A stretch of DNA of 64,000 nt from Planctomycetota bacterium (GTDB lineage: Bacteria > Planctomycetota > SZUA-567 > H5-PLA8), in assembly GCA_038227875.1 (NCBI GenBank), contig JBBRPR010000003.1, positions 160,001-224,000 on the forward strand, read 5' to 3'. The notes under the pieces were generated by a model. That model was not told the origin of the DNA. It searched no databases and saw only the letters and a program-made list of their open reading frames with translations. Of the stretch, positions 61,808 through 64,000 are shown piece after piece (position 1 is the first letter of the stretch; each line of letters begins with the position of its first letter). The translations under genes and the position numbers were made by a program.

Positions 61808-63262
61808 ATGCTTAAAGCACGGCAGGCGTCCTTGATTGTCGGTGAAACCAGCTCCTCGCGGCTGCTGGAAGGAATCGGCGTCAACTGGTGCGACGCGTTT
61901 GGACTCGGCGGCGAGACCGGGATGGGGCAGCGCGGGATGCCGCTCAACACGCCGGCCATTCCGCTGCTCGACAATATTTCCGGCTGGGAGACGGTGCTCG
62001 ATGAGCTGACCGTGCTCAAGGCCGGCTGCATCCGCTTCATGCTGCCGCCCGAAGGCTTCATCACCAAGCGCGGCACGATGGATTTCGACTGCCCGCACTT
62101 TCAGCGCCTCGAGCGCCTGAACGCGTGGGCCGGAGCCAATGGCGCGAGCATCATTCTCGATACGATTCACGTGCCGCATCATCTTCAGGTCAAGGGCGAG
62201 GACGGTCCCGGCGTGGCGCTGAACAACCGCGCGGCGCTCGACCCGACGACCTTCGCCGAGAAATTTGCCGGTCCGCTCTTGGATTACTGTCTTTCCGAGC
62301 GCGGCTGGAACCAGATCCGCTACTACAGCCCGATCAACGAGCCGCTCTACGGCGGCATCTACCACCATCCCAAGGGCGACACCTACCGCGCGTACGCCGG
62401 GCTGATGGCTTCGCTGCGCAAGGAACTGGTCGACCGCGACCTGGTGCCGCAGCGCATTTCGCTGATCGGACCGTCGGCGCCGTCGGTGCAGCAGTGGCCG
62501 GTTCCCGACCTGCACGCGCGCGGGCTGGACATCGACCCGCTGCTCGACGCTTACGATCAGCACGAATATTCCGCACGCTTCGACGGCGATCCGCCGAATT
62601 CGAACGGGGATTCGATTCCGATGAGCGAACTGATCGAGCGGCATCTCACGCCGCACGTCAAGTACGCCGAATCGCGCGGCAAGCCGTTTCTCATCACGGA
62701 AATGAAGCACTCCTATTTTGGCGCCAAGCAGGGCGATCCCAACGGCCCCGCCACGCATGACGCGTTTCTGCTCGACGCCGAATTCGCGATCCGCGCGATC
62801 AACGCCGGTGTGCAGGGGTTGATGCGCTGGAGCTTCCTCAACCCCGGCGACATCGACGGCCACTGGCAGTTTTTGGAAACGGCGGATAATTCGTACCGGC
62901 GCTGCGAGAACACGTTCTACGGTTACGCCACGCTGATCCGCTACGCGCGCCCGCACGCGGATGTGCTGCAGAGTTCCGTGCAGAGCAATTTCTACCCGTG
63001 GCCGCACGTCCACGCCTGCGCGTTGCGCAAGTCGCCGCAGGGCGATGTGACGGTGCTGGTCGTCAACGACCATCCCAGCGAGCAGATCGAACTGAACGTG
63101 AAGCTGCCCGCCTCGCTACGCAAGAAGGTCAACGTGATTCGCAACGACCGCACCTTGAAGCACGCCAAGGTCGACGAAGTGAAACGCGAATTCACCGACC
63201 GCCTCCCGCCGCGCAGCCTGACGGCGTATACGACCTTGGAGTACGATCCGTTGACTCGTTGA
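61808..63262 (+). CDS. Clan GH-A-like glycoside hydrolase (TIM barrel + beta-sandwich), no signal peptide
   Basis: YSPINEP (putative acid/base), PFLITE (putative nucleophile), and C-terminal VTVLVVN...LPPRSLT. Confidence 0.65.
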   Translation: MLKARQASLIVGETSSSRLLEGIGVNWCDAFGLGGETGMGQRGMPLNTPAIPLLDNISGWETVLDELTVLKAGCIRFMLPPEGFITKRGTMDFDCPHFQRLERLNAWAGANGASIILDTIHVPHHLQVKGEDGPGVALNNRAALDPTTFAEKFAGPLLDYCLSERGWNQIRYYSPINEPLYGGIYHHPKGDTYRAYAGLMASLRKELVDRDLVPQRISLIGPSAPSVQQWPVPDLHARGLDIDPLLDAYDQHEYSARFDGDPPNSNGDSIPMSELIERHLTPHVKYAESRGKPFLITEMKHSYFGAKQGDPNGPATHDAFLLDAEFAIRAINAGVQGLMRWSFLNPGDIDGHWQFLETADNSYRRCENTFYGYATLIRYARPHADVLQSSVQSNFYPWPHVHACALRKSPQGDVTVLVVNDHPSEQIELNVKLPASLRKKVNVIRNDRTLKHAKVDEVKREFTDRLPPRSLTAYTTLEYDPLTR

Positions 63263-63272
63263 TAGCTTTGCT

Positions 63273-63359
63273 GGGTAGTTTTTAGTGATGAGTTTTGAGT
63301 TTTGAATTGATCTTCTGCAACACAACTCAAAACTAATAACTCAAAACTCAAAGCTACCC
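63273..63359. repeat. Inverted-repeat element, heptamer GAGTTTT/AAAACTC
   Basis: Arms 63273-63309 and 63323-63359, with GGGTAG...CTACCC termini. Confidence 0.85.
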
Positions 63360-63457
63360 TTCATACTTCGTATCCACCTTCAGTGAACTTGCACCGAAGC
63401 TCACTTCACTCCAAAATCTCTCCCTTCATTCATTCAACAGGACTACAGGAACCGCTC

Positions 63458-64000
63458 ATGTCGCTTTCGTTTGAAGAAATTTTCGAAACCATCCGCATGA
63501 TCGGGATGGAACATCTCGATATTCGCACCACGACGCTGGGCATTTCATTGCTGGATTGCGCCACGGGGTCGGGGGAATCGACGGCGCGCAATGTTTACGA
63601 GAAGGTCGTGCGCATCGGTTCGGCGCTGGTGCCGGCGGCCAAGCAGATTGAGCTGGAACACGGCATCCCGATCATCAACAAGCGCGTCTCGATCACGCCC
63701 GTGGCGCTGCTGGGTGTCGCCGATCCGCTGCCGATCGCGCTGGCGCTCGACCGCGCCGCGACGGAGATCGGCATCGATTTCCTCGGCGGCTACACGGCGC
63801 TGGTCCACAAGGACGTCTCCGCGCCGGACAAGGCGCTGATCGCGTCGCTGCCGGAAGCGCTTTCGCGCACCAACCGCCTCTGCGGGTCGGTCAACGTCGG
63901 CGATTCGCGCACGGGCCTGAACATGGACGCCTGCTTTTCGCTCGGCCGGATGTTGAAGGCCCTGGCCGAAGCGACGCGCGAGAAGGACGGGCTGGGCTGC
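63458..64000 (+). CDS. DUF711/UPF0210 'PFL family' protein, 5' part (runs off window; absent from the ORF track)
   Basis: Manual translation gives MSLSFEEIFETIRMIGMEHLDIRTTTLGISLLDC...GIPIINKRVSITP...LDRAATEIGIDFLGGYTALVHK...SVNVG...GLNMDA. Confidence 0.9.
   Translation, partial: MSLSFEEIFETIRMIGMEHLDIRTTTLGISLLDCATGSGESTARNVYEKVVRIGSALVPAAKQIELEHGIPIINKRVSITPVALLGVADPLPIALALDRAATEIGIDFLGGYTALVHKDVSAPDKALIASLPEALSRTNRLCGSVNVGDSRTGLNMDACFSLGRMLKALAEATREKDGLGC

Overview
GC-rich bacterial chromosomal segment, plausibly Planctomycetota (inferred from gene content and style only). Housekeeping genes: wecC-like, leuS, thiL, tsaE, glutamate dehydrogenase, ada, bioA, rbfA, dciA-like, dnaN with a candidate oriC upstream, and mutL. 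An accessory block (~29-40 kb) holds a radical SAM/SPASM enzyme overlapping a long-leader lipoprotein, a TPR protein and an XRE-ImmA/IrrE + PIN module, with three REP-like elements among them. A signalling block holds a probable pseudokinase, a GAF-GGDEF protein and an RsbU/W/V-like partner-switching set. At the right end is a bacterial microcompartment (BMC) locus: BMC-T, BMC-H, BMC-P, aldehyde dehydrogenase and class II aldolase. It continues into an ACT-domain protein carrying a putative encapsulation peptide and a DUF711/PFL-like gene that is cut by the window end. The most striking non-coding signal is a dense set of inverted-repeat elements whose arms are built from different 7-nt (and 9-nt) tandem units. 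They sit in many intergenic gaps, bracket single genes and occur in-frame inside mutL. No rRNA, tRNA, CRISPR array, transposase or integrase was recognised. All family assignments come from motif recognition by eye, not from database searches.
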